NCBI GenBank assembly: GCA_964016885.1
Contig: OZ024742.1
Coordinates: 88,350,001 to 88,414,000 of the forward strand
Source: Eledone cirrhosa
Lineage: Eukaryota
DNA length: 64,000 nucleotides
Direction: 5' to 3'
The notes under the pieces are model-generated. The model worked only from the letters and a program-made list of their open reading frames with translations, made no database searches and had not been told where the DNA came from. The position numbers and the translations under genes are program-made. Every line of letters starts with the position of its first letter. Within the stretch, counting starts at the first letter, position 1. Shown piece after piece: positions 13,545-64,000 of the stretch.

Positions 13545-14450
13545 GAAGGCTCTATCTATACTGAGTTCGAATAATGTTCACAACTTCTTGACATATATGA
13601 GGTGTTACATGTATGAAGTTGGTTTCTATGTTGACATCGTACCATCACATATTGATACTCTCACTATTTTAAGTGACTCCCTCACTATTTTAAGATTCTA
13701 TAACTTGTAATATAGCATATATTAGAATCAGGGAGGAACCAACCATATACACCGAATGTTACAAGAAGGATGTCTGCATATACACTTTTGTACTCCATAA
13801 CTCTGCCATTCCTTACAGAGACAAAATTGCATATATACGGAATGAGATTTCCTGGAAACACAACACTTGCTGCGAACGAAGCAACAGAGATACTAGCACG
13901 GTGGAATTCCAGAGAGATCTCACCGAAAACGTCTACCGTAATTTTCTCACCAAAAAATGAACGAGGCAGCAAGACTTCTAAGATCAAGGATGACACGTGC
14001 CCCTACACAATTCATATAACACCTAAACCTCTCACATTTCAATGAGAAAACGACAGTTACCATCCGGCAAGGTGTCCGTAGGAAGGTAGTGAATATACAG
14101 CTGGCACACTCTGGAGCATCATTGAAGAAACTACTCCAAAACACCAAACCACGAAATCTGCCAAATTCGTGATTGTACAAGAAACAACAGAGTTGTGTGC
14201 ATGAGAGCAAATTTGTTTTTTAAGAATACATGCAAATCTCGTAAGTCATCGTTCATCGGAAATAACGTCAGTATACTAAACATACAGATCAAGAAGCACA
14301 TGACAACGAGAGCCTCTTCTACTAAAATTATTAAGATAGATGCCGCAGCAAAGCCGTTGAGGTCACCAAAAAGAGAACAGAAAGGATTATAGGCAATTTA
14401 AGAATAAAATTGGCCATTATCACCGGCCGTGAAAGTCTAGATACAAATAA
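13545..14450 (+). mobile_element. Heavily decayed Penelope-like remnant
   Basis: Scattered motifs in PLE order: YVD-like (about 13627), TLPFL (about 13800), PYT (about 14001), CKSRKSSFIGN..ILNIQIKKH (GIY-YIG-like, about 14230-14300). Confidence 0.5.
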
Positions 14451-14703
14451 TAGATTGGAAATACGCAGGGAAGACTAGTTGCGATAACGATTTAACACAT
14501 GCATATTTCAGACACCTTGATCAATTAAGGAGAATAAATCACATTGATCGTTTTGTTTTGCTTTAAACTGTTTCAGCCCCACATATGAAAAGAGGGTATA
14601 GCCCTTATATTTCATGCTGAAATACACTGGGTAATACATTACTTCGTTCTGTTTTATTTGTGATCAGTTACCCTTTCTAATTTTTATACCCCCTTCTACC
14701 ACC

Positions 14704-14767
<64 letters not shown>

Positions 14768-15021
14768 TTGTATGTGTTTGTGTGTGCGTGTGTGTTATTT
14801 AACCTGATTATATTTTCGTTGTTGTGGTGGCCTCTGTGGTTATGTCCCCTAAAAACAGTTTTCAATTTGTCACACTTTAAAACGTATGTTTCTTACTCTA
14901 AGTCGTAACATATCGATCTATCGATATATTCTTATCGAGTGCTTCGTTCAAATCCGAATCGTTACTTCGCGGATATTGGCCGACTGCCATAACTTCGACG
15001 ATTTTACAAACTATCTACTCG

Positions 15022-15081
<60 letters not shown>

Positions 15082-15087
15082 CAAAAC

Positions 15088-15590
15088 TATGTTCAAAACA
15101 TTTTATTGCTGACAATAAATATATCTGTTTGATATGCTTGTAAACCTGTGTTATTTTATGTGATACCTTTGCCATACGATAATTATATATGTCTACTACC
15201 ATTGCTTCTTTACTACCTAGCTATCCTGTATATTCGTAACGCATTTGCCCTCTCTATATGCTTGCATATGTACTGCTAATGTCCTCGTTTTACGAGTAAC
15301 TTTCTGCCTTAATGCCTCTTTAATTATTATATTAATCTCTTGAAATCTCTGTCACATCCATCCCAATCTGTGCCTCTTTAAATATTATACAACTGTTTTG
15401 TACTCTCTGTCACACCCATTCCACTCTGTAAATATGAAACCGTTGATGACAACATTAATATTCATGTATCTATATGATTGTTCAGTTGAATAGGAAGTTA
15501 ATTATATATCCAAACTTTTCTAGTGCTCCGTTGGATCCAAACGAAAGTTTGGAAGAAACGATTGTCAGCAATAAAATGTTTTGAACATAG
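15088..15590. mobile_element. Non-coding element with 30 bp inverted ends
   Basis: ctatgttcaaaacattttattgctgacaat (from about 15088) is the exact reverse complement of attgtcagcaataaaatgttttgaacatag (15561-15590). Internal hairpin tccaaacttt...aaagtttgga. Confidence 0.65.
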
Positions 15591-15762
15591 TATTGACTAT
15601 TGTGTAATTTATATTCCTACTCGGTAAAACATCTGATGTATTTTCGTTGAGCTATTTTTCTCATTGGTAATAAGGTAGTAATGAATTACTGACCTTTCCT
15701 GTCCGTAGTTCTATATAGTGTATATATAACTATAAATATTATCATTATATATATATATATAT

Positions 15763-15960
15763 AAGGGCGGTAGATTGGCAGTATCGGTAGAGGGTCGGAC
15801 GCCATGCTTTGACGCAAAGTGTTACGTCCCTTTACAATCTGAGATCAAATCCTGCCGAGGTTAACTTTGCCTTTCATCCTTACGGGGTCGATAAAATAAA
15901 GTACCAGTAATGTACTGGGTAATTGCTGGCCTTGCGCCAAAAGTAGAAACAATTATTATT
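15763..15960 (+). mobile_element. tRNA-derived SINE with a Nin-domain-like core and (ATT)n tail
   Basis: A-box-like tggcagtatcgg, B-box-like gagatcaaatcc, core gcctttcatccttacggggtcgataaaataaagtaccagt, tail aattattatt. The Nin assignment is from recall of the domain, not from a search. Confidence 0.8.
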
Positions 15961-15966
15961 ATATAT

Positions 15967-16065
15967 CCCGCCGAGGTTAACTTTCCTTTCATCCTTACGG
16001 GGTCGATAACATAAAGTACCAGTATTGTACTGAGTGATTGCTGGCCTTGTGCCTAAAGTAGAAAC

Positions 16066-16069
<4 letters not shown>
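15967..16069 (+). mobile_element. Tandem 5'-truncated second copy of the SINE
   Basis: Repeats 15851-15953 (gccgaggttaacttt...aaagtagaaacaatt). Confidence 0.8.
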
Positions 16070-16158
<89 letters not shown>

Positions 16159-16321
16159 ATATATAAGAACAAAAGATGGTTAAAAGAGTTCGATGTATTT
16201 TATTATGCCCATTTCAAAAACAAATATCATCATGCAATAATATTTGTGTTTTCATCAGATAAAACAGGAAGACATGATATGAAGGTTAAAAAATACTTGT
16301 GGATAGTGCAGTTTTAAATCA

Positions 16322-16430
<109 letters not shown>

Positions 16431-16447
16431 TATACATATATATATAT

Positions 16448-16720
16448 AACTCTAAGTAGAGATATTGCGATAAATCGCAAACACTATCAGGAGACTTTCT
16501 CTGTCCAGAAGTAAAATTCTAGACAAGAATTCCCAGCCGGTCATTGTCAGTGAACCTTTCGAATGAAATGACCGCCACGTGATAATTGACACTTGACAGT
16601 CATTTAATTCGAAATCTTTCCAGACAATGAACGGCTGGGTTTCTTGTCTTGAATTTTACTTCTGGACATAGAAAGGCTCCTGGTCATTTGCGTTTACTCG
16701 CGATACGCTACTCAGAGTTT
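16448..16720. mobile_element. Imperfect palindrome of about 270 bp (foldback or MITE-like)
   Basis: Arms pair, e.g. tgtccagaagtaaaattc/gaattttacttctggaca and cccagccg/cggctggg. Centre near 16584. Confidence 0.75.
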
Positions 16721-16965
16721 CGTTATTTTCCTAATGAAACTGCAGCTGGGACATTAAAGAGAGTACGTAAAGATTTCTTTTCTGAACTCGTTTGCTCTTT
16801 CCATATTTCATATTGTTAGGCACTGAACCTGTTGGTTTTATTAACTCTTTCATAGAATTAAACTCAGTATAAGTTGGAAACTCTGTATGTATGTATTTAT
16901 ACTCGTATAGAGATATGTATATTTCTCCATTTAATATATATATATATAATATAATATATTAAAAT

Positions 16966-17021
16966 AAGATATTAGAGTTTAAGCAAAGATTCGCTGCTTT
17001 CACCCTTAACGGGATCTTCTG
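16966..17021 (-). mobile_element. Solo 3' tip of the 10780-13490 PLE family, including most of the CAGAAGA hammerhead motif
   Basis: The reverse complement tcagaagatcccgttaagggtgaaagcagcgaatctttgcttaaactctaat matches 13420-13470. Confidence 0.8.
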
Positions 17022-17079
17022 ATATATATTTATCCTTATCGAACCCTCTTTGGATTTTAGTCTTCAAATTTATTATTAT

Positions 17080-17114
<35 letters not shown>

Positions 17115-17119
<5 letters not shown>

Positions 17120-17332
17120 ATAGAGGCGGTACGAAACAGTCAGTCCATTACTCACCAGAGTACGCGATGGAGTACTTGGGTAATAGAGTACTCTTGGGTA
17201 ATAGAGTGTATAATAATAGAAGAGCGTGACCGCGACGGATGAGCTCCGGCTGTTTCAACAGATAGATGCGAACAACAGTTCGGATCTAACTGTTGAAACG
17301 TTTGGAACTCAGTCGTCAGCGTCCGGATCTTT
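17115..17332. mobile_element. Diverged relative of the 10447 foldback family
   Basis: agtact..gggtaatagagtg...gaccgcgacggatgagctc..gctgtttcaacag, hairpin, ctgttgaaacg..gaactcagtcgtc. Same order of motifs as 10493-10685. Confidence 0.6.
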
Positions 17333-17355
17333 TCACACACACACACACACACACA

Positions 17356-17501
<146 letters not shown>

Positions 17502-19390
17502 TATGTATAGACGCTAAATTTAGGTTTAATCAATATCTATAATATATATATATATCAAGAGAGTTTCTCAATACAAAACTTAAGTTCCGTGCAATAAATC
17601 ATACATAACAGCATATATCAATTGAGAAACAACAATTTTTTTACACAGATACATAGAACAAATAATATGTAAATAAATATACATGTGTGTTTGTGCGTAT
17701 GAGTGAGTGTGAACAGAGAAAGGAGGATAAGAATGCATCACTGCAAAATTACTCACTAGTCTAATTATTTAAAATTAGACCAATGTAATTATTGTATTTG
17801 TTGATGGTGACAGGGATGATGATAATGATGCCGGATTTGAAGAGCAGCGGGAAATGCCGAGCAAAATGAGAGGTAGGAAATGATGTTTGAGTAATTTGTA
17901 TTACACAGTGAATGGTCAGATTAAAACACTAACAGTGACTTCAATCTGTTAACTATTCGGATGTCCAAGATGTTAATGCTATATTATCAGAGGTTATCGT
18001 AGTACTGATTGCATATAAAATATAGGGAAAAACAAGAACTCTGTATTATTAGATGTATAGTTTAGCCCCGATACATTTATTTTGCAATTTACTAAACGCG
18101 CTTAATTAGTAGGTGCCTATATAGTTTGATGAACATTTTAGAGATAACAAATTAACTTCAGATCATACAAAATTTAGTGAACATTATTTTGGTGTAATGT
18201 TTTATTGTGAGTGCGATTTAGCTGCAACAACCTTGGATTTCTTATGGCTGGAATACTTTATCATACGTATTTTCACTCAATGATAGTTTCGGAAAAACAG
18301 CGACAGTACTTAGTTGCCAAATTCATGCATGCATGATCACGCAACGCATGAAGGAGTCGTCGGGGTGCTGTATTGAAATACGGCGTTTTGAGCATTTTTA
18401 AACCTGGCGGAACTCTTCTCCAGGTCGCAATACAACAGATTTCTGTCCAGGCAACGATAGAGAATGATAGAAATGGAAGTGAGAAAGATATATAGAGGAA
18501 GAATAGAGCCAAGTACAAGACTGCTGCTTTTTATCGAACTCGAATCGAAAAGGAAAGTTGACGACAGCGGGAATTGAAATCATATGGCAGAGAGTGGGCA
18601 TGAATACCGGAAAGGACTCTATCCAACATTCTCGTGACTCTGCCAATCCGGCGCCTTAAGGTGTGAAATAGACACTGATAACTCTACATACATTACGCCC
18701 TCTACAAATTAACCTCCAAAATTACTTTCTAGATACACTGTTCAGGTATGTACGTATGGGCAATAATTTAACGAGGTTGGCTGAAAAGCTACGTTTGTGT
18801 GTTATTGAAAAGTTTAGGGCGGTGAAAATTGACAAAGCTAAATTTATTATACCAAGAATGCACATTATACGGGTAATTTGTTCTAGTAGTTGTAGCAGTC
18901 GGAAGACATTTCCTATTATACAATGTCAAGAGAGAGTGTTTAAGAAAAGACGCTTCAGAACCAAACACATTTGTTTTTAATGGACAAGTAACGCTGCTAT
19001 TTTTGCTGATATAACTGCTCTTGAAATTTGTTAATATAACATCTGGTGTTATTGTCATTGCTCTTGCTTCGCTTCTTACTTTTCTTGATCATACAATTCT
19101 TATTGTTGTTATAATTGGATCTGAAGGAGTTCGCTTCCAACGATATCTGCTGCTGATATATGCAATGCTATTTGCTCACATGGTTGTATGCAAACATGCA
19201 AGCTAATGTATTTTTGTGGTCATAGATATTACATTAAATCCTGGCGGTCATGGCATTGCTGACATTTCTGAAATTATTATTTACATCTATATATTAATTC
19301 GTGTTCTCAAACTTATCCATTCCACCTTTGCAACTATTTTAAATAATCTACGCTAATAATATAAATGCGTGTCAATACATACAGATATGA

Positions 19391-57533
<38,143 letters not shown>

Positions 57534-57535
<2 letters not shown>

Positions 57536-57823
57536 TCTTTAGAATCTGCCATTCGACCAGAGACAGCGAGCTTTTCAGTGTATGGAATCCAGTCCCCGCT
57601 AGCTGTTCCATCTGCCGAATTATTATTATTTTTATATGAGTCCCCAGTGTCCGCGCATTGCCTGGAGACTTAGCTGAGAATAGACTCCCTGATGACGCAA
57701 TGAATTCTCGACGGTTAAATTACGTAACTGTCTTTATCCCATTGCAGAAACTAATTAGGTGGAGTGAAGATTTTAGTAAGTTAATTTTTTAAATTCTTTT
57801 TAAAATTTTTCTTATTTTACGTC

Positions 57824-57831
<8 letters not shown>
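57534..57831 (+). repeat. Inverted partial monomer (about 300 bp) capping the array
   Basis: Reverse complement of the unit segment from atatgaaagacg to gattctaaagaat; runs into (TA)n. Confidence 0.95.
57684..57765 (+). ncRNA. Hammerhead motif in the inverted monomer (U16.1 reads G, probably inactive)
   Basis: actcc CTGATGA cgcaatg...cattgca GAAA ctaattag g t ggagt, readable directly on the plus strand. Confidence 0.75.
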
Positions 57832-57875
<44 letters not shown>

Positions 57876-57880
<5 letters not shown>

Positions 57881-58051
57881 AACCAGTAAGACCCCGACAG
57901 CTGAGCTCAAGCCGTTTCGACGGCTAGCCGTCGAAACGGCTTGAGCTCAGCTGTCGGGGTCTTACTGGTTCCTATTACCCACTCTACTACCTCAAGTATT
58001 GAGTACTTTGGTGCGTTATGGTCCACCTGGTTCCTTACCACTTTTCCTTCG

Positions 58052-58053
<2 letters not shown>
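57876..58053. mobile_element. Foldback element with a perfect 100 bp palindrome (57876-57975), same family as 10447-10698
   Basis: Palindrome centred on cggct|agccg at 57925/57926. The unique tail is the reverse complement of 10447-10523. Confidence 0.88.
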
Positions 58054-58093
<40 letters not shown>

Positions 58094-58186
58094 CGTCCGA
58101 TAGGTAGTATTAGCAATTAGGAAGACCAATGGGAACATCGTTTCCTCGGTCCGATTTGACGAAAGTTGATCGACTGACGATATATA

Positions 58187-58620
58187 TATATTTCGTATCT
58201 CCAAATAAATACGGTTTTAGGAAGCCGTAGCTATGCAAACACCAGGAGGCTAACGCCCTCTGGTGATGTCCAGCAGAAGCAAGGGGGACCACCGTCTATG
58301 CATTTCAGGCTTCACTGGCCATCGTCAGGACGGTCCCTCCAACCGCTTGTGACTGCTGGGCTAGAAAACAGGCGAGAATATGTAGTTATATTATAGTTAT
58401 AATTTGAGCCAACTTATGCAGCTTCATATGCAAATGAGATTAATCACCTCAATTACACAGACGAGAAAACTATATATTATCGCCTGTCTTCTAGTTAAGC
58501 CTGAAATGCATAGAAGGTTGTACCCCTTGCTTCTGATGGACATCACCAGAGGGCGTTAGCCCCCGGTGTTTGCATAGATACGGCCTCCTTAAACCGTATT
58601 TCTTTGGAGATACGAAATAT
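58187..58620. mobile_element. MITE-like element with imperfect terminal inverted repeats of about 130 bp
   Basis: atatttcgtatctccaaa...gctaacgccctctggtgatgtcca...tctatgcatttcaggctt pairs with aagcctgaaatgcataga...tggacatcaccagagggcgttagc...tttggagatacgaaatat. Confidence 0.8.
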
Positions 58621-58733
58621 TTATACAAATTGTATAAAGCCTCACCTGAAGCGAAATCGTATTTCTTTCATATATATATGTATATATATATAAATATATA
58701 TATATGGAGAGAGAGAGATAGATAGATATATAC

Positions 58734-58812
<79 letters not shown>

Positions 58813-58814
<2 letters not shown>

Positions 58815-58889
58815 ACCCACTCTACTACCTCAAGTATTGAGTACTTTGGTGCGTTATGGTCCACCTGGTTCCTTACCACATCTCATTCG

Positions 58890-58890
<1 letters not shown>
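58813..58890. mobile_element. Truncated copy of the foldback-family tail
   Basis: Near-identical to 57975-58052; flanked by (TA)n. Confidence 0.85.
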
Positions 58891-58943
<53 letters not shown>

Positions 58944-59090
58944 AGGAAGTCATAGTTCACTTGAAGCGTGTGTAATGAGGTATACACGTTTGTATATGTA
59001 AAGAAAACCAGGTATGGACATAGAATAAAGAATGCAAATGCAAAATATATTTTTGACAACTTGTCTTTTATCTTAGATTTATTTAAATGT

Positions 59091-59124
59091 CCTTAATTTT
59101 CGAGATATATCTCTTCTACGGAGG
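59091..59124 (-). ncRNA. Minimal hammerhead-like motif (degenerate core CCGUAGA)
   Basis: Inverted partner of 61051-61085. Confidence 0.45.
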
Positions 59125-61050
59125 GAAGTAAAACGCTTAAACCAGTGTTCTAAATAGCTTGCCAAATTATGCTGGCAAGAAATGGTATAGAGTATCTGTT
59201 CTATCTCTAATGTCAAAGAGTTAAGGTTAGGTGGATAAAGAGTTGTCTCCCTTTAAAAGAGTTTTTTTGTTACATGCCTGTTCAAGTGTGTGGGAGAATG
59301 CGTGAATATGTAAGTATGTGTATGTGTGTGTGTGTGAGTGTGAGAAGATATGTCTATACGTAAATATGGGGGATAGATGTTCTCTCCTGTTAGAACTGGT
59401 CTTTGTGTGTGTGTGAGAGAGAATAAGTGGAGGTGTAAGCTTGTGTGTGTGTGGGAGGTGGGTGTAAATACGGGGCTAGATGCACTATCAAGTTATAAAT
59501 TGGGTGTTGAGTTCTAGTCTATTATTGATTGGTGGTGTATTTTGTCTATAATTAGTGCTTCCTTAATTCTAAGATTGTCGAGGTTTCTTTCTTTATTTTC
59601 TATCCTAACTGTTATGGTTTTGTCCGTGTTTTTGCATTTAACTAGGTGTTTCTTAAATGAGGAAGCGTTAGTATTGAGGTGTTGTTTTATTCTTATGTGG
59701 AGTGGTCTGGTGGTGCTACCTACGTAGAAGTTGCTGCATTTGTCGCACTCTAGTCTGTACACTTTAGTATGTATCCGAACTTAGCGCCGGCTGGGAGGGC
59801 CGATCTGAAATGTTCGAACAGGTCCCTGCTGGCTGCTTTTTTATAGAAGCAGTTGTGGATGTTGCCTTCCTCTGTTACCATGAGTTGGAAGTCCAGTATG
59901 GATAGGGATCCGCGGTCATCGGGGTGTTCGATTCTGAACTTTATACTGGTGTCCATGCTGGAGAATGTTGTGTATATTTTATCCGCCTCCTCACGGCGCT
60001 AATTTCGGATACATAAGGAACGTACTTACACGTATCCGGAACAAATTCACCGACGCTAGAGACCGAGACACATACACCACACATTTCCTGGAAGTACTCA
60101 AAGTGAACGGATACACGACATCCACCACAAACCGTGCCAGAAAGAACAATGGACACCACACCCGAGGCAATAACACTTGCTTTCTGAATCTCCCACACTT
60201 CAGTGACGGGAGAACAACAGCCCCCGCAGAGCTGTCAGACGAGAGGGACTAGATATCCAACTAGCCCACTCAGGACCTTCTCTACGCGGACAGCTAACCA
60301 AAAGACACTCCACCAGACATGACAGCCGTGGCAGGCTACGCAACTGCCCCATCAACGACACAGACCCATGCCACCAGGCTTACGTTGTATACAGACTAGA
60401 GTACGACAAATGAAGCAACTTCTACGTAGGTAGCACCACCACACCACTTCAAATAAGAATAAAAGAACACCTCAATACTAACGCTTCCTCATTTAAGAAA
60501 CAACTAGTTAAATGCAAAAGCACCGATACAACCATAACAGTTAGGATAGAAACTAAGGAAAGAAACCTCGGCAATCTTAGAATTAAGGAAGCACTAATTA
60601 CAGACAAAACACAACCACCAATCAATAATAGACTAGCACTCAACACCCAATTTATAACTTGATAGAGCATCTAGCCCCGCATGTACACCCCCCCACCCCA
60701 CCCCCCACCCCACACACACACGCTTACACCTCCACTTATTCTCTCTCACACACACACATAAACACACAAAGACCAGTTCTAACACGAGAGAACATATATC
60801 CCCCACATTTACGTATAGACATATATTCTCACACTCACACACACACACACACACACATACTTACACTTTCACGCATTCTCCCACACACTTAAACAGGCAT
60901 GTACAAAAACAAACTATTTTAAAGGGAGGCTACTCTTTATCCACCTAACCTTAACTCTTTGACATTAGAGACAGAACAGATACTCTATACCATTACCTGT
61001 CAGCATGACTTGGCAAGCTATTTAGAACACTGGTTTAACCGCTTTACTTC

Positions 61051-61085
61051 CCTCCGAAGAAGAGATATTATCTCGAAAATTAAGG
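61051..61085 (+). ncRNA. Minimal type I hammerhead-like motif with variant core CCGAAGA
   Basis: cct-CCGAAGA-a-gagata t tatctc-GAAA-at-ta-agg. Stem III is reduced to the palindrome AAUU; triplet UUA. Confidence 0.55.
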
Positions 61086-61201
61086 ACATTTAAATAAATC
61101 TAAGGTAAAAGAGTAATTGTCAACAATATCTTTTGCATTTGCATTCTTTATTCTATCTCCATACCTGCATTTTTTTGGCTTTATTATACATATACAAACG
61201 C

Positions 61202-61480
<279 letters not shown>

Positions 61481-61814
61481 CACATATGTATATATATACA
61501 GTACCAGACGTACCCGGTAATGCCAAGGTATTTTATGAAAGTAATAACATATCTTGGCACATAATACAAAATATTTGACCAATGAAAAATGATGCTGCAT
61601 TTTAAGAAAAGTAGAAATTATTGTAGAATATTTATTGTCGCTTGTCCAAAGCAAATTATGCAGATACAAATATTATTTTATTAGTTTTAAACAGTGGTTC
61701 TGTTTGAAATACTACTCCCTTTTGCAATCAGCATATATAATGCTTCATCTGTAGATGAATCATTAGGTATGTTGTCAGTGAAATGGGCCTGACCAAAAAA
61801 TACATTTCGATTTG

Positions 61815-63300
61815 TTTTTTTTTCTACTTTTTTTCATCTTCGCCCACTTAATCCTGAGAAGGTCGTAGGTTCACAGTGCCCAAACACTCCTTCCAGCAGG
61901 TCCTGTCAGAAACAACCCTCTCTAACCGATACGGCCGGATCACCAAGCGTGACCAGCCAATATCATGAATGTTATCCAACTATTTTGCTTGCGGTCTACT
62001 CCTAGGTCTCCTAACGGTGTGGTTTCCCCCTTAAAATCGGTCCAGAGATTCTTTCCTCAGACATTCTAAACACATGCTCATAGTATTGGAGCTGCGATTC
62101 TACAATTCGGAGAAGTACCGACTCTTTCTTGAGTGACTGTCTGATCTCTGCACTACGAACATTTTCGAGCAACGTTACTCCAAGTACCATACGGCGTATT
62201 CCATTTCCGCTGCTTGTATTCGTGAATCTATGATTTCGGACATTACACAAGATTCATGACCATAGGTAAGGGTTGGCATGAATACTGAATTGAAGACAAC
62301 GTGTTTGGCTTTTACGGCTACCTCCCTTTTTCTGATTGCCTAATGTTGAAACTGGGGCATTACTACACTAGATCCTTCCTTCCTAGCACTAGCTTCATCC
62401 CCCTGGTTTCCATCACTCATGAACACGGCCCCGAGATACTTGATCTCCTGCACTTACTTCAATGGAACTCTGTTCACATATAGAGTGCACTGCACATGCT
62501 TCCCCGAGAGGACGAGGGTCTCAGTTTTCGCAGCACTCATTTTTATTCCAGCCATGCAGCACTTGGCCTTAAACCTATCAAGTGAAAGTCGAAGATCATA
62601 TTCTGTTGAGTTAAGTGGCACCATCTCGTCTGCAAATTCTGCCGATTGATTTTACACCCACCAGTCATGATACCACTTCCACCGCAGGTGAGCATGTCAG
62701 TCCTGTTCATGTAAATAATGAACATGAACAGGAGAGATGACAGTACACTCCCTTGGCGGAGTCCGACACCCACATTAAATGGTTTCGACTAAGCACCATT
62801 TATCCGAACACAAATAATTGGGCATTCATATAGAGACATCATGGCAGCAAGTAGATGACAATCAATCCCATAATCCTGCACAACCTTCCACAGCAGGTCC
62901 CGAGTAATGAGATTATATGCCTTTTTAAGATCGATGAATCAAGAATATATTTCTTGGCAATACTTCCATAGTTTCTCTAATACCTGCCGCTGTGTGAATA
63001 ATTGTAGGCTGTGCTGCGCCCGGAGCGAAAACTATACTCTTCATCAACTAGTTTGGACTTTAGCATTGACTTTACAGAGGAGGATTAATTGGAGATCCTT
63101 GTATAATTGTAATAATCTCTCTTCTCTCCCTTTTTGAAAATATCGCATTATCAATCACGATTGCCATTGCATAGGTGTCTTTCCATAGATCCAGGCCACC
63201 CGCCATACAGGTGTCAGCCATAGAATACCTTCTATATTTAAGGCGTTTAACATCTCTGGCTGGATTCATCATCCCTAGCGGCTTTGATACAGTTGAGCAC
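61815..63300 (-). mobile_element. Decayed RTE-like LINE (RT and C-terminal region)
   Basis: Fragments KAA.DE..QPEML, FIDLKKAYN..RDLLWKV..YGI, GVGLRQGSVLSSLLF, FADE, GVTLLENVRSAEIR...QLQYYEHVFRMSEERI and RRPRSRP, with many frameshifts. Confidence 0.85.
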
Positions 63301-63341
63301 TTTAATAGTTCTTGCGACATGAGCCTCTGATAGGTTAGTTT

Positions 63342-63633
63342 GTGTTTCTGTTGTAGTGTCTCGCATCTGCATCGTGTTGGAAAGTCTTTCTGTATTATGT
63401 GGAAAGAGTGGCTCGAATTGCAGGGGGTGGGTGGTTAAAAGTAATTTGGTTGGTTGATGACTGTCACGTGAATAAGAAAAATAAATTTCGCACCAGTTCG
63501 TGTTCGAAATTGTTGTATTTTTTTAAGTGCAATTACATTTTTTTTAAAATAACAATTCGAGCCACTCTTTCCGCATGAAATAGAACAAACTTTCGAACAC
63601 GAACCAGATGTGAGACAAATCACAAGAGAAACA
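63342..63633. mobile_element. Imperfect inverted-repeat element (arms of about 80 bp)
   Basis: tgtctcgcatctg...ggaaagagtggctcgaattg pairs with caattcgagccactctttcc...cagatgtgagaca. Confidence 0.7.
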
Positions 63634-63743
63634 TTAATTCTCCATCTCAACTTTACTTTTGAAAAGCATAAGAACTGGGAAACCAGTAAAGTACGTAAAT
63701 AAAAATTCTTAAAAGTCTCCAGTTGCATTTTCAATTACTTTTC

Positions 63744-63876
<133 letters not shown>

Positions 63877-64000
63877 CAGAATTGTCGCAAGAAATAATCA
63901 CATATATACACATGCATAGTTGTAGAAGTATATTTAAATGTTAAATGTAAGCACTTGAAAATAATTGTTTTTTTTTTAACTAAAAATTCGTGGCAGTTTG

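Larger units (their letters stand above)
58942..61200. mobile_element. Penelope-like element with inverted arms (minus arm about 58942-59960; plus arm about 59995-61200)
   Basis: Minus arm: IKFRIEHPDDRGSLSILD..FYKK..HFRSALP and YRLECDKCSNFYVGSTTRPLHIRIKQH..LRIKEAL. The plus arm repeats the GIY-YIG and 3' UTR (58986-59762 pairs with about 60388-61200). Ends abut (TA)n and (TC)n. Confidence 0.9.

Noticed and set aside
18768-18792. acgaggttggctgaaaag, resembling a mariner-type TIR
   Set aside because: No partner TIR or transposase remnant found nearby.
18273-19206. Short ORFs in the unique region left of the array as host exons
   Set aside because: No recognisable domains or consistent splice structure; cannot be supported without RNA or homology data.

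Overview
Repeat-rich, AT-rich eukaryotic DNA. It is probably from a cephalopod (Octopus-like); this is an inference from the SINE family and the dense (TA)n/(CA)n/(GA)n tracts. No intact host protein-coding gene is visible. 1-19.5 kb and 57.8-64 kb are a mosaic of decayed retroelements separated by microsatellites: an RLE-type Dong/R4-like LINE, an L1/Tx1-like LINE, at least five Penelope-like elements (PLEs; RT plus GIY-YIG), tRNA-derived SINEs, an RTE-like LINE and several foldback or MITE-like palindromes. The centre (about 19498-57535) is a tandem array of about 70 copies of a 541-546 bp unit with higher-order repeats. Main observation: each unit carries, on the minus strand, a type I hammerhead ribozyme fold (ACUCC-CUGAUGA-stem II-GAAA-CUAAUUAG-UU/GGAGU) whose stem III is palindromic, inside a hairpin-rich monomer. 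The array ends in an inverted partial copy and abuts microsatellites on both sides, the same architecture as the neighbouring hammerhead-bearing PLEs. This points to a ribozyme-encoding satellite or non-LTR retrozyme mobilised by PLE machinery. All folds were derived by eye; ribozyme activity and transcription are untested.
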